A stretch of DNA of 64,000 nt from Candidatus Bathyarchaeota archaeon. GTDB taxonomy: Archaea; Thermoproteota; Bathyarchaeia; Bathyarchaeales; Bathycorpusculaceae. Below the pieces are notes generated by a model, which ran no database searches, was not told the origin of the DNA, and was given only the letters and a program-made list of their open reading frames with translations. Position numbers and translations under genes: made by a program. Shown here one piece after another: positions 9,998 through 20,300 of the stretch; position 1 is the first letter of the stretch, and every line of letters begins with the position of its first letter. The DNA is taken from the NCBI GenBank assembly GCA_963833575.1, contig CAWHXY010000005.1:1-64000 (forward strand), read 5' to 3'.

Positions 9998-10413
9998 GCG
10001 TTCCGAAAAAGTTTCTAAACCCGTTTGGATTTGGGGCTTAGTGGCTCCAATGCTTAAAGCAAAGCCAGTAAGCTAAATACAGAAGTCTTTCTTGTTTTAA
10101 GGTAGTTTTCATTATCCGATCACCAAAACATCACAACATCAAGACCTTCAGAGAATGTACTTAACGCACTAATCAAGCTGAGTCTGCCGCCGCACTTTGC
10201 TAAATCTGTTTGCGTCTGATTTCTGATGAATTAATACAATCGCTTGCGAGCGCCTTTGGTTTTAAGTTAAGATGACGATCTAGGCGTCAAAAACAAAAAT
10301 AGGCTTAAATGAACCTTAATGAACTAAAATGAACAGTCAGAAGGCTGTTTATGCAAAAATAAGCTCAGAAACGCTTTTATAAATAAACTGACAAGAGTTT
10401 TTTAAATCGAAAA

Positions 10414-11220
10414 ATGAAGATGAACAAAATGAACAAAATAATCTCATTAGTAATTGCGGCGATTGCCTTAATTGCACTAAGCAGTTTTAGCATAGCAGGC
10501 GCTAGCACAATGGTGACGAATGCAACTGCAAGCGGGCTCACTCAACGAAGTTACATACGCATTGACGGCACCATTTCTCAGTGGGGAACAACCGCTGTAA
10601 CAGGTGTTCTGCAAACTCAAGCAAGAATTGCGGTTTTTAATGATTCAAGCACAAACCAGTTAGCATCATCGACAGCCATTTGGACGACCAATACTTCACG
10701 ACCAATTAGCGCTGTTGAATCAAAAGAGAACTTTACATACTCTTATTATGCAGCACGATTAACAAACGCTTCCGTATCCACTTTAAGCGCAAGTACAGCT
10801 AACACAAATTACTTCCTCAACGGCACATGGAAAGTTTACAACATAACAAGCACGGTAACAATAACCACTGACACAAGCGGCCAAATAACAAACATCCACC
10901 GGGACTCAGACACATCAGTTCAGACAGCGTACGGAGAACTCAATGTTACTGACAACTGGACTAAATTCACACTCTCAATAAACGGAATTGACCCACTGAC
11001 GGGTTCAGTTTTTGCGTCAGTCCAAAGACAAGTCCAATTTAACCCGTTCAAAGTAACTGACGACTCAACTGGCACAGCTGTCAATAAAGCAGATGTGGCA
11101 GCAGTTTTGCACAGTTATGGAGCTATGCCTGGCTGGGGCAACTATGACGCCAAAATGGACTTTTGTGGTCACTTCAAAATCGACATAGCAGACTTATCAA
11201 CAGTCGCCTCAAACATGTAA
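10414..11220 (+). CDS. secreted Thr/Ser/Asn-rich protein with C-terminal dockerin-like domain
   Basis: N-terminal signal peptide and many N-X-S/T sequons. C-terminus VNKADVAAV..YG..PG..NYDAKMDF.G..KIDIADL resembles a duplicated EF-hand-like dockerin. Confidence 0.7.
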   Translation: MKMNKMNKIISLVIAAIALIALSSFSIAGASTMVTNATASGLTQRSYIRIDGTISQWGTTAVTGVLQTQARIAVFNDSSTNQLASSTAIWTTNTSRPISAVESKENFTYSYYAARLTNASVSTLSASTANTNYFLNGTWKVYNITSTVTITTDTSGQITNIHRDSDTSVQTAYGELNVTDNWTKFTLSINGIDPLTGSVFASVQRQVQFNPFKVTDDSTGTAVNKADVAAVLHSYGAMPGWGNYDAKMDFCGHFKIDIADLSTVASNM

Positions 11221-11282
11221 AATTCAACTCTATATTTTTCTTTTTCTAAAGTCTCAAATATTTTCTCGTTAAACCTTTATTC

Positions 11283-11531
11283 GTGACTACTGAAGAAGAA
11301 CAATTCTCAAAAGTCTATAAGACACACAAAAAAGTTAGCACATTAGCCTTTTCAATCTATGTCCCTTTAAATTTATTGCTTCTTTATCTTGTATCAAGTT
11401 ATTCAGTTAGTTTTCAAACTATTCTTGTTATTCCATTTGTAGGGATTTACGTCACTATCATCATCATGATAAACGATTTGCTTCTTAAAAAAAGATTGAA
11501 ACTTTTAAATCGACACTATTTTTGGCGTTAA
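11283..11531 (+). CDS. small two-TM membrane protein
   Basis: Two hydrophobic segments; no recognisable family. Confidence 0.5.
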   Translation: MTTEEEQFSKVYKTHKKVSTLAFSIYVPLNLLLLYLVSSYSVSFQTILVIPFVGIYVTIIIMINDLLLKKRLKLLNRHYFWR

Positions 11532-11565
11532 GAAAGTAAGTCTTTGTCTGATTAGCCTTGTTCTC

Positions 11566-12294
11566 TTAAAAGTCTCTTAAATTTTTTTTATTTGGTAACT
11601 TGGTAGTCTCATCCCGCATCGATGCTACGCTTTGGTTTTTTTGGCCAATTTTTTTGATTGTCTTTCCAGCAAATATTATGTAAATTCCAATGATGGCAAT
11701 TATGAAGCCTACGATGGAATCGTTGTATTTCTCCGGAATGTGCTCAAGTGTTTTGGCAAGTCCTTTAACACCAACTTGCACCAGAATCAATTGCGTAATA
11801 ATTGAAGTGACTACAAAGATGATTACTAGATATAATGCAAATAGAAAACTAACTGTAATTGACCCAAGGAAAATGGGTATAATGCTTAGGTCAGGGGATA
11901 GTGCTGCTCCAAGGATTGCAAAGTAACCAATTCCGTTGACCCTCTTCTGCTTTAGTAATTTCTCTTCTGGCGTAATTTCTCTTTTCTTTTTGGACACAAG
12001 AGCTTTGGCACCGATGAAAAGCCCAACTGCCAGCATTACAAATCCAACGGCGTATGAAATGTAGTATGAGACTAACTTTGAGAACAATAGTCCTGCAACC
12101 GCAATTCCAAATCCCAATGTTGCTGAAAGGATAGAGTGGTCCGTCGCTGTTGCAAGTGACACACTAAGCAGTTTTCGTCCGTTCCAACCTGATGTTCGGC
12201 TGAGAATGCAAAGTGTTACCCAATGGTCGGGAGCTGACATATGCAAAACTCCTACCAATGCCGCCCCGATCATCAAAGGAATAAGATCAGTCAC
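11566..12294 (-). CDS. Ni/Co transporter-like membrane protein (NiCoT/RcnA/UreH-like)
   Basis: GVLHMSAPDHW motif in TM1 and about 6 TM helices. Confidence 0.65.
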   Translation of the reverse strand: MTDLIPLMIGAALVGVLHMSAPDHWVTLCILSRTSGWNGRKLLSVSLATATDHSILSATLGFGIAVAGLLFSKLVSYYISYAVGFVMLAVGLFIGAKALVSKKKREITPEEKLLKQKRVNGIGYFAILGAALSPDLSIIPIFLGSITVSFLFALYLVIIFVVTSIITQLILVQVGVKGLAKTLEHIPEKYNDSIVGFIIAIIGIYIIFAGKTIKKIGQKNQSVASMRDETTKLPNKKNLRDF

Positions 12295-12377
12295 TAAAGA
12301 TCAACCAAACGACATAGCGATTTTAGCTCGATATCTTAGCATTAGTGTTTTCGTTTTTTCCACAAATATGTCCGTTA

Positions 12378-12968
12378 CTAAACGGTACTTTTTCGTGAGG
12401 TATCTAAAGCAACTTTAGTTCGCACAATCATTTTTCCTAAATGCCTTGCAGAGTCTATGCCTTCCTTATCTTTAGCAACATCTCCTTTCTCTCGTCCAAT
12501 AGAAAATGCTCGCCCACCACTTGGAATAGTCATTCCAACAGCAGTCATGAATGTGATCATCTGGTTACATGTGTTCGAAACTCCTGACCGACGAGCAACA
12601 GCGATTACTCCACCGACCTTCTCCGCAAAGTCTTTTCTTCCTCTTGCAAGCGCAAGAAACCCTATTCTGTCAATGAAGATCTTCATTTGAGCAGTGACTC
12701 CTTGAAAATAGGATGGGCTACCCAAAATGATTCCGTCAGCATCCACTATCGCTTGGTAAAGCGTTTCGCCTTCATCGTCCGTAACGCATTTCTTTGTGCT
12801 AAAGCATGCCATGCAACCGTTGCAGGGCTGAAGGCGATAATCAGAAATTCGAATCAGTTTTACTTCCGCGCCCTCTGCTTTCGCAGCCTCCAATGCTTCT
12901 TGTAAAATCATGTCTGTGTTGCCACCAAGTCTGGGACTACCACTTAGTCCAATAATAAGCACATTCAT
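12378..12968 (-). CDS. flavodoxin-fold iron-sulfur flavoprotein (Isf-like)
   Basis: SGSPR.GGNT, Cx2Cx2Cx5C and GSPSYF..VTAQMK.FIDR. Confidence 0.88.
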   Translation of the reverse strand: MNVLIIGLSGSPRLGGNTDMILQEALEAAKAEGAEVKLIRISDYRLQPCNGCMACFSTKKCVTDDEGETLYQAIVDADGIILGSPSYFQGVTAQMKIFIDRIGFLALARGRKDFAEKVGGVIAVARRSGVSNTCNQMITFMTAVGMTIPSGGRAFSIGREKGDVAKDKEGIDSARHLGKMIVRTKVALDTSRKSTV

Positions 12969-13094
12969 AACCTCAAAAGCTCACTCTTCAAACCAATTGA
13001 TTAACTATTTGGTTGGAGTATTTTGTCTTACTATCAGTCTATTCTTACTAAAAAAGAGTTTCGGACTGTTTTCCCCTTAATCTGCTGAATTCTT

Positions 13095-13823
13095 TTATCT
13101 TCTGCTGAAAGCGTATTTGATTGCTCCTTTGGGGCAATTGTCAACACATTTTCCGCAAAGGATGCACTCTGAGTTTTCAATCGATTGACTTTGCACCATT
13201 GCATTAACATCTAGGCTCATAGAGCAGTTTCTGGTACACGTTTTGCAGTTAATGCATTTCGTTTTATCAGCCTCGAGTTGCAATGCTGGCCAATTAGCTG
13301 AGTTTCGGATTTTTCTTCCTATTATCATGAAGGGTGCCATCCAGCAGATTGTGTGGCAAGCCGCGCGTTTTCCTGCTGCAAGGGCGAAAACTGCGATTGC
13401 TCCAGCAATAGCCGCGAACATTAAGGCGGATGGTAGATCGTTAATCGAAATTCCGTTCCATGTTTGGTAGAGTGGGTCAACTGCTTTGATTCCTCCAGCT
13501 TGAATGAAAATTACTGCGATGATGGCGATCCATGGTGTCCAAATGAAATATTTTGTGAGGTTACGTTTTCTGCCATTGTATGATCTACCGTTCACTTTGT
13601 TGCAGAGTTCTTGTGCGGCTCCTGCGGGGCATACCCATCCGCACCATGCTCTACCGAAGAATAGCGAGGTAATGAATAATCCTGCGAAGACTATGAAGTC
13701 GCCTGCGATGATGCCTTCGGTTGCACCCATTATGATGAGGTATGGTGATAAGTAGTAGTAAATCAGGGGAAACAGAACAACCATTAAAACTGATAGGGGT
13801 GTCCTCACTTTTTGCCTATTCAA
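13095..13823 (-). CDS. membrane 4Fe-4S binding protein (NapH/MauN-like)
   Basis: GRAWCGWVCPAG, TM helices and two C-terminal CxxCxxCxxxC motifs. Confidence 0.85.
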   Translation of the reverse strand: MNRQKVRTPLSVLMVVLFPLIYYYLSPYLIIMGATEGIIAGDFIVFAGLFITSLFFGRAWCGWVCPAGAAQELCNKVNGRSYNGRKRNLTKYFIWTPWIAIIAVIFIQAGGIKAVDPLYQTWNGISINDLPSALMFAAIAGAIAVFALAAGKRAACHTICWMAPFMIIGRKIRNSANWPALQLEADKTKCINCKTCTRNCSMSLDVNAMVQSQSIENSECILCGKCVDNCPKGAIKYAFSRR

Positions 13824-14085
13824 GTTTTTTCCCTCTTATTGTGGCTGCTTCCTTTGAACCAAGAAATTTTTCCATTTCTTCTTTGGAAATGTCAACTCTC
13901 AATATACCATTAACGCCAGTCATCTCCAACATTAGGTCCTCAACCAGCATAACGTTTCGGAGTTCACCCAAAAATCCTTCAAAAAAAACTTGACCGTCTT
14001 CTTCGTCAAGAAAAGACATTCTCTTAACGCAATGTTCCGATTTCATTTCGACTGAGAATGAATGTTCGCCATTTTTCTTTATCAT
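13816..14085 (-). CDS. small hypothetical protein, coupled to downstream Fe-S gene
   Basis: Overlaps the start of 13095..13823; GGTGA ribosome-binding site upstream. Confidence 0.65.
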   Translation of the reverse strand: MIKKNGEHSFSVEMKSEHCVKRMSFLDEEDGQVFFEGFLGELRNVMLVEDLMLEMTGVNGILRVDISKEEMEKFLGSKEAATIRGKKLE

Positions 14086-14165
14086 TTTTTCACCTTGATA
14101 CTCTTGGAGGCTGCCTGAAATGATTAAGTAACCTCAACAGCAAGTATGAAATATCACAAACAACT

Positions 14166-14996
14166 ATGAAATTCCAAAGTTGGGAAATCAAAAGAGGGTT
14201 ACCTGTGGTAAATGTTTGCAACCTGCTTTTCGAACTTTCCGGCAGCGACAGAATGGAAATTCTGGTTCTTCTGAAGAAAACGCCTCTTAAGTTATCACAT
14301 ATTTCCAGCAAACTTAATTTTACAGTGCAAGAAACCTCAAGAAATATTGCAAGATTAAGTGATGCTAAGCTAATTCTCAAAGACGTAGAAGGCGCTTTTC
14401 ATCTAACATCGTATGGTGAGGAAGCTTTAATCCAAATTTCTGGATTAAACTTTCTTTTTAAAAATAGGAACTACTTTTTGACACACTCGCTAAATTTGTT
14501 GCCCAAACAGTTTCAAAGTAGCATTGGAATGCTTGAACACTGCGAGCTCGTAGAGGACGTAATGATTTCTTTCCGAAATATCGAAGAAATGATAGCTAAC
14601 GCCCAAGATCACATTTGGATTCTTACAAATCAGGTGTTAGCTAGTACAATTCCCTACTTGCTGCAAGCCAGTGAACGAGGTACGGAGTTCAGACTTCTTA
14701 TGCCCAAGGATTTTGAACCCACAAAAAGCATCAGAGAGTTAGTAAATAACCCAATTTTTGAGAGGGCTGTACGCCTCCGAAAACTTGATTGCCGCTTTGT
14801 GGGCAAGTTAGGGGCTTTTCTGTGTCTCTCAGAGAAAGAGGTTGCAGCTATTGGTTTCCCTAATATAGATGGGAAATTCGATTACTCTGGATTCAAAGGG
14901 AAAAGTGATTCAGTTTTCGAATGGGCAAATGCATTGTTTGTGCAATATTGGAACGAGGCTTCATCCCAAATTCCAGATCAACTCTTCAGTCCCTAA
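14166..14996 (+). CDS. winged-helix transcriptional regulator with C-terminal PLD-like/DUF1724 domain
   Basis: LFELSGSDRMEIL..L...HISSKL..TVQETSRN..RL HTH, and a C-terminal WANALF..YW. The start is probably near 14205. Confidence 0.8.
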   Translation: MKFQSWEIKRGLPVVNVCNLLFELSGSDRMEILVLLKKTPLKLSHISSKLNFTVQETSRNIARLSDAKLILKDVEGAFHLTSYGEEALIQISGLNFLFKNRNYFLTHSLNLLPKQFQSSIGMLEHCELVEDVMISFRNIEEMIANAQDHIWILTNQVLASTIPYLLQASERGTEFRLLMPKDFEPTKSIRELVNNPIFERAVRLRKLDCRFVGKLGAFLCLSEKEVAAIGFPNIDGKFDYSGFKGKSDSVFEWANALFVQYWNEASSQIPDQLFSP

Positions 14997-15120
14997 CTTT
15001 AGCAGAAGCAACAAATTGTGAACTCTGGTCATATGCGATTACAAAGGTTTAGACTCAAAATATTGATTGCCTCTTCATAAACCGTTTATTCGTGCTTATC
15101 GAGGTTTATCCAGGCATGCT

Positions 15121-15726
15121 ATGCCAAAGAAGAGCAAAATAGTTAAGCTATTCATTTCGATAGGCATCAAAGGAGTCCTTTGCATAGTCTGCTTGGCTTC
15201 CGTTGCCTTTGCCTTAGTGACTTATAGCACTGCAGTAACAATAACTCCGACACAACAGCTTACTGCTGGCGTCGGCACTAGTGCATTTACTGTTTACGTA
15301 AACGAAGTTAACCAAGTACGATATGTACCTGGAACGACAGGAGGGTTCTCCGAGCTTACGTTAAACACGGGAGACACTACTACCTATGCCTTTAAAGTTG
15401 TAACAGATGCTCACAAGGTTTGTGCTGTCAAAGTAGAGCTTCAATCAGCGATGGATGGACTCAAATTTTCAAATTTTGACGTTACTGTGCGCTCTTCAAC
15501 GGGAGGCGCCTGGGGCACAGAAACCCTTTATGACGCTGCAACAGGAACAAATGCGAAAGCTTCAATTAACGGATTAACCCCTGGAGATGCTGCCTACGTT
15601 CACCAAGACGTTTCAACGACAAAGTATTATGAAATCCAAGTAACTTACTCATATGATAAAGTTGATACCAACACTGCGATAACTCCAACATTCGTATTTA
15701 CTCCACTTCCGCAAGACGGGTTTTAA
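15121..15726 (+). CDS. secreted beta-rich hypothetical protein
   Basis: MPKKSK.. basic N-terminus plus hydrophobic stretch ending AFA; Thr-rich mature part. The ORF track starts it at 15067. Confidence 0.65.
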   Translation: MPKKSKIVKLFISIGIKGVLCIVCLASVAFALVTYSTAVTITPTQQLTAGVGTSAFTVYVNEVNQVRYVPGTTGGFSELTLNTGDTTTYAFKVVTDAHKVCAVKVELQSAMDGLKFSNFDVTVRSSTGGAWGTETLYDAATGTNAKASINGLTPGDAAYVHQDVSTTKYYEIQVTYSYDKVDTNTAITPTFVFTPLPQDGF

Positions 15727-15749
15727 CTAGGATTTAGAGGAGCAATGAA

Positions 15750-15971
15750 ATGGGTAAAGTAAATGAATATGTTGGAGTAAAAGTGGCGTTAGGCAGCACA
15801 ACATTGATTGTCGGAATGCTGGCTTTGACCTTAGCCATATTTAGTTGCTCCCAAACAACTCAACATTTCTTTGGCAGCTACATTTGGTACATTTGCTTAC
15901 TCGGTGGTTTAGGCGCCATCATTAACGGCTCTTTAGTTTTGAAAGAAAGCCTTGTGAAGAGGAAAATCTAG
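15750..15971 (+). CDS. small two-TM membrane protein
   Basis: GAGGAG RBS and two hydrophobic helices. Confidence 0.55.
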   Translation: MGKVNEYVGVKVALGSTTLIVGMLALTLAIFSCSQTTQHFFGSYIWYICLLGGLGAIINGSLVLKESLVKRKI

Positions 15972-16250
15972 TGGTAGGAAAACTTTACAGTTAGCCTTTT
16001 TGGCCGCCAGTCCTTAAAAAATTAAACATTCAACCGCTAAACTTTCTACACTTTAGCTAAGTTTTTTGTGACGCAATAGAAATTCTCTTTTCCTACAAAA
16101 AACGGGTGTCGATTCGCTATGCGTTTTGAATAAACTGGGGCTGGTAGTACTTCTACGCATTTTGTGTCACTGTTTTTCAACATAGGTGAACATACTTTCA
16201 TGAACCGGGAGGGTCTATCAGTTCTTTTGGTAGAGGAGGGTTCATCTTGC

Positions 16251-16944
16251 TTAGGGAGAGTTTACAGTAAAGTTAACTGTCTGTCCTTCATTTGCCTCGT
16301 TAATGTGTTGATTTGCTTCTGTTACTACAAAAACTCCCAATGCGTAAGAACCATTTGACAATCCGTTGAGTGTTGTGTTACCATGGAACCATAGCCAGTT
16401 TCCTCCGTTCAAATTATAATAAGAATAAATAACCTTGGAATTGGTGTAATAAGTCAAATTTATTTGATTAGTATGATAGGTTTGGTTTAATGGAGAAATA
16501 ACAGCAAGCACTGGGTATTTGAACGAGGTATCCACAGTGAATGTTTGGTTTTCAAGTGTATGTATGCTTCCATTAGCATAGTGGGGAGTTATCATGAATG
16601 TGTAATTGCCATTAGCCAAGTTTTTTAAAGTTTCATCAATAATATATTCAGAAGAAAAAGGAAAATGCAGCATCACAGAACTAGCAATTACTTTATGACT
16701 AGTGTCAGTTATGGTGTAAGTGCAGTAGAGAACTACTCCTCTGGCAGGGATATAACCCATTGAAATGTGTACTGTTGATGCGTTAGTAGTCTGGAATGGC
16801 CTCACTATAAAGGTCAAATTGATCTCCGCCCCAACCAGGACCTGTACCACCACTTGAAAAATCAATGATAAAACCAAGGAAAGCAACAGAAACACATAAA
16901 CAAATTAATAGTAGCGCTACAACGATGGTTTCTTGTTTTTTCAA
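16251..16944 (-). pseudogene. secreted Ig-like repeat protein with a frameshift near the N-terminus
   Basis: TTG at 16944 gives signal peptide MKKQETIVVALLLICLCVSVAFLGFII.., which stops early. A second frame carries ISPLNQTY..YNLNG..NTTLNGLSNGSY.L repeats typical of archaeal surface proteins. Confidence 0.6.
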
Positions 16945-17265
16945 AGATACCCACTTCTTGGCTGCTCGTTTTCCTAATTAGAATTTCCATTAGGTTTTTG
17001 ACTATTTACCCATTAATTCTTCATTTTTTCGCTCATGTACTATTGCCAAACCATTAAGTATGCAAGGATTAGTTACTACTTTCATATTGACACAACCACC
17101 CATAAACCACAATCTGCAAGATAGAAGATATTGCACCTCTGAAAACTTTATTAAAAACACAATCTATCTCTGTGAATACTGAAAAGGTTGAGAGCGGTCA
17201 AGCAGGTCAAATAAAGAGCGATGACCTGAAATACTCTGAGAATAGCCTTATTCAGCAAAATACAA

Positions 17266-17343
17266 GGGGCTGTCGGCTAGCTTGGTCTAGGCTTGTAGAC
17301 TTGGGCTCTATAGACTCCGGTTCAAATCCGGGCAGCCCCACCA
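17266..17343 (+). tRNA. tRNA-Pro(TGG)
   Basis: GGGGCTG/CAGCCCC acceptor, GTAGA-CTTGGGC-TCTAT anticodon arm, TCCGG-TTCAAAT-CCGGG and encoded CCA. Confidence 0.95.
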
Positions 17344-17512
17344 TTATTCTTAATTTATTGCTTGAATCTGTCTTTTTTAGGGTATTATTAACCTGTAGAT
17401 CATTATGACAAATTAGGCCCGATAATGAAACTGCTAAAAGAACTAGGATCAAGTAGTATCTATGAAATTAAAAGAAAACAGCAATTGGCATCTATCTATA
17501 GTGAAATGTGAT

Positions 17513-17740
17513 TCAAGCTATCTCTTGAAGGATAGAAAATCCAGTTAAGCGAATGTGGCTTCCGCAGCTGTTGCAGAGAATCTCTACTTCTTCTAAACCA
17601 TTGCTGTTAACCTTTGGTTCTAAGATTGAGTATTTTTCTTCTGTGGAGTCTTCAGGAGAGATCACAATTCCACACTGTGGACACGAGAAATCTCCATTTC
17701 CATCTATCTTGGCTAAATCTACTCTGTGAGTTTGTTTCAT
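17513..17740 (-). CDS. small CPxCG zinc-finger protein
   Basis: CPQCG...CNSCG with a GGAGG RBS. Confidence 0.75.
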   Translation of the reverse strand: MKQTHRVDLAKIDGNGDFSCPQCGIVISPEDSTEEKYSILEPKVNSNGLEEVEILCNSCGSHIRLTGFSILQEIA

Positions 17741-18344
17741 TCTTCTTGCCTCCTATTTTGAATTTCAGATTTTCATACTCTTTTGTTATTTAAGACTATT
17801 TGTTGGTTTTTCAGATTTACACCCAAATCTCTACCAAATTTCAGTAAATCAACAAACTTCCACGTACTGTCTGGTCATACTGGATTACTAAGGAGAAACA
17901 TGGAAACCAATCGCCCGTTTAGATGAGAGCTAGATTAAACTGATTAGAAAATGGTAACTAGCGTTTAAATCTGCAATGTAAAGTTCGCGAAACCCAATCA
18001 TTTCGAAGATCTGGGCAATATTAAATTCTGATTTTTTATTAACTTTACACTCAGTGCTCAAATCTTGTCTCATCCCAAATTTCTGTTTATGACTTAGTCA
18101 AGAAACTTCACCTAAGTTCAGTCAAGAGTCTCTTGCGAGAAGTCTTTTATTAGAAAATAATTACAAGAGTGAATAGTGTTTAGCATGAGAAAGGGCTTAG
18201 GACTATTCCTTATTCTAATTATGGCTGTTTCAAGTATAAATCTAATCATAGCTAAACATGCTTATCTCGTTTAGGTTTCGTAACTTTAATATTAAGAAAA
18301 TTGATTATGCAGATATCAATTCTTAATTTTAATGGGAGCATATT

Positions 18345-18671
18345 ATGGCAAAAAACATTAGACTGATTGTTTGTCCGGTTAAAGATATCGAAAAAGCTAA
18401 AACATTTTATAGCAAGTTTCTAGACGCAGAACCGTACGTTGCAAGCCCCTACTATGTAGGTTATAAGCTTGGTGATCAGGAAGTCGGCTTAGACCCTAGC
18501 TCTAAAGTGGGGCCTATTGCTTATACTGATGTACAGGATATTAAAAGCAGTCTTCAAGCATTGGTTAAGGTCGGTGCTGAAGTTGTACAAGACGTTAAGG
18601 AAGTACGTGATGGCTTGTTGATAGCTCAGGTCAAGGACATTGACGGCAACGTCGTTGGGCTAAGACAATAA
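18345..18671 (+). CDS. VOC/glyoxalase family protein
   Basis: PVKDIEKAKTFY and KDIDGNVVGL. Confidence 0.85.
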   Translation: MAKNIRLIVCPVKDIEKAKTFYSKFLDAEPYVASPYYVGYKLGDQEVGLDPSSKVGPIAYTDVQDIKSSLQALVKVGAEVVQDVKEVRDGLLIAQVKDIDGNVVGLRQ

Positions 18672-18772
18672 TCTTAAATGAGTAGAGACATTTTTACTGG
18701 GGTTTGCCGTACTTACGCATTTTTCCCTTATCTGCTAGGTTTGATCGGCGAACAGTTAGCCAATATTATTCA

Positions 18773-19201
18773 TCAACGGCTTCTGGAGGAGATGTTCAGC
18801 TCCACTGCTGAACGAACCAGTGCTTTCAGAGCATCCTCGTCAATCTTGTCGCCTTCACGGATGTCGATGGCGCGCCTGAGTGTTCCAGGCTGGTTGAACA
18901 GGTGAGATGGGTCCTCCAGAGAAGCGCCCTTGAAGAAGGTGAGCTTGACGTGATCTTTGTATGTCTCGCCTGTGCAGATGCCGCTGTTGTGGGACCATAC
19001 TGGAGTCCCAGGATTGGTTGGCTTTACCCACTTCCACTCTTCAACTACCTCCGGGTCTGCCTCCTTGATGAGCCGGCGCACTTTGGCTAGCGTTTCTCCG
19101 CGCCAGTCGCCTAGCTCCTGGATTCTTGCGTCTATCATTCGAGATGCGGATTCGACTCCTGGGGGGCCACTCTTTATCTTTGTATCTTGCTTCTTGGCCA
19201 T
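18773..19201 (-). CDS. DUF1801/YdhG-like protein
   Basis: DWRGETLAKVRRLIKEADPEVVEEWKW, GICTGETYKDHVKLTFFKGASL; visibly GC-richer than the flanks. Confidence 0.88.
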   Translation of the reverse strand: MAKKQDTKIKSGPPGVESASRMIDARIQELGDWRGETLAKVRRLIKEADPEVVEEWKWVKPTNPGTPVWSHNSGICTGETYKDHVKLTFFKGASLEDPSHLFNQPGTLRRAIDIREGDKIDEDALKALVRSAVELNISSRSR

Positions 19202-19275
19202 AATATCACCATAGAATCTTTCTTTTTACTATATTTAAAAGTGAACTGCCCTTTAATTAAGTAACTCGCAAGCCT

Positions 19276-19647
19276 CTATGATTGTAGAATGTTCCAGACG
19301 TTGCCGTCAGTATCATTTACGCTGAAGAATCTGCCGCCCCGAGGATAAGGAATGATCTCGCTGTTTGGCTTGACGCCCTTTGCTATAATAGCCTTATATG
19401 CTGCTTCAACATCAGGTGTTGAAAGAAAGAAATTTCTTCCTGTATCAAACTTCATTTCTCCAGATATAAAGTCAAGAGCAAGGTATGTGCCGCCACCAGG
19501 AGGAATAACAAAGACACTGCGATTTCCTTTCCCCCACTTGACGTCTTGAGTCGCTTCAAACCCAAAAACATCAGTATAGAACGCTTTAGCTTTATCCATG
19601 TCACGCACAAGCAAATGGGTAAGAATTATTTTATCCACAATTTTCAC
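19276..19647 (-). CDS. VOC/glyoxalase family protein
   Basis: VRDMDKAKAFYTDVFGF and DTDGNVW. Confidence 0.85.
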   Translation of the reverse strand: MKIVDKIILTHLLVRDMDKAKAFYTDVFGFEATQDVKWGKGNRSVFVIPPGGGTYLALDFISGEMKFDTGRNFFLSTPDVEAAYKAIIAKGVKPNSEIIPYPRGGRFFSVNDTDGNVWNILQS

Positions 19648-19851
19648 AAAAATCGCCTAGTTATAAGGTCTAGCACGGCGTGTAATAAATTTTTGCACCT
19701 AATGGATTTCGTGTTTTTGGACAATTACTCCAAAAAATATTCGCAATTCTCGTCGAGGCCGAAACCTTTCAGTTATGCAGTCGGTCGTCCGCATGAACTA
19801 ACGATTGACTCGAAAACGATAACAAGTTTTGAACCCGTTTGAGTTTGGGGA

Positions 19852-19869
19852 CGGGCAGCCCTACCATTA
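19852..19869 (+). repeat. duplicate of tRNA-Pro 3' end (putative attR)
   Basis: CGGGCAGCCCTACCATTA versus CGGGCAGCCCCACCATTA at 17329..17346 (17/18 identical, same orientation). Confidence 0.7.
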
Positions 19870-20300
19870 AAACTATTTCTCTTTTGAGAAAAGGAGCGAT
19901 TTTTCAGCTTTCGACGGTTGGGCATTTCTTTCTAATTTCCATAATCAACTAAATTCAATAATACCTACTCGCTCAAACAACTTCAGATCGTCTCTCAAAA
20001 CCTAAACTTTAGCTCTATCTTGTTCGTAAGAACATTGAATACTCTAAATCAAAATTAAAAGGGAGAGCGCAAAAACTGAATTTCATCTTGACTTAAAAAC
20101 GACTACAGGGTTTGTGATATATTGCGTCTTTTGAAACATGTATTATATGCTTTTTTGTTGTTAGCCTGTTTAAGGCGAAATAGAACATATGAAAAGGAGT
20201 GCGAGACGACTTGAAATCTTCCACAATCGCAATAATATCACTTGTGTGTTTCGAAGGCAACCCTGCTAAAATCGCCTGTTTTAGGGGGACCGCGTAGTCT

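Noticed and set aside
17110-17120. CAATCTGCAA, a near-match to the anchor (also ATCTGCAA near 17969)
   Set aside because: There is no CAARAAAGCA box at +18 and no clear 10-bp array.
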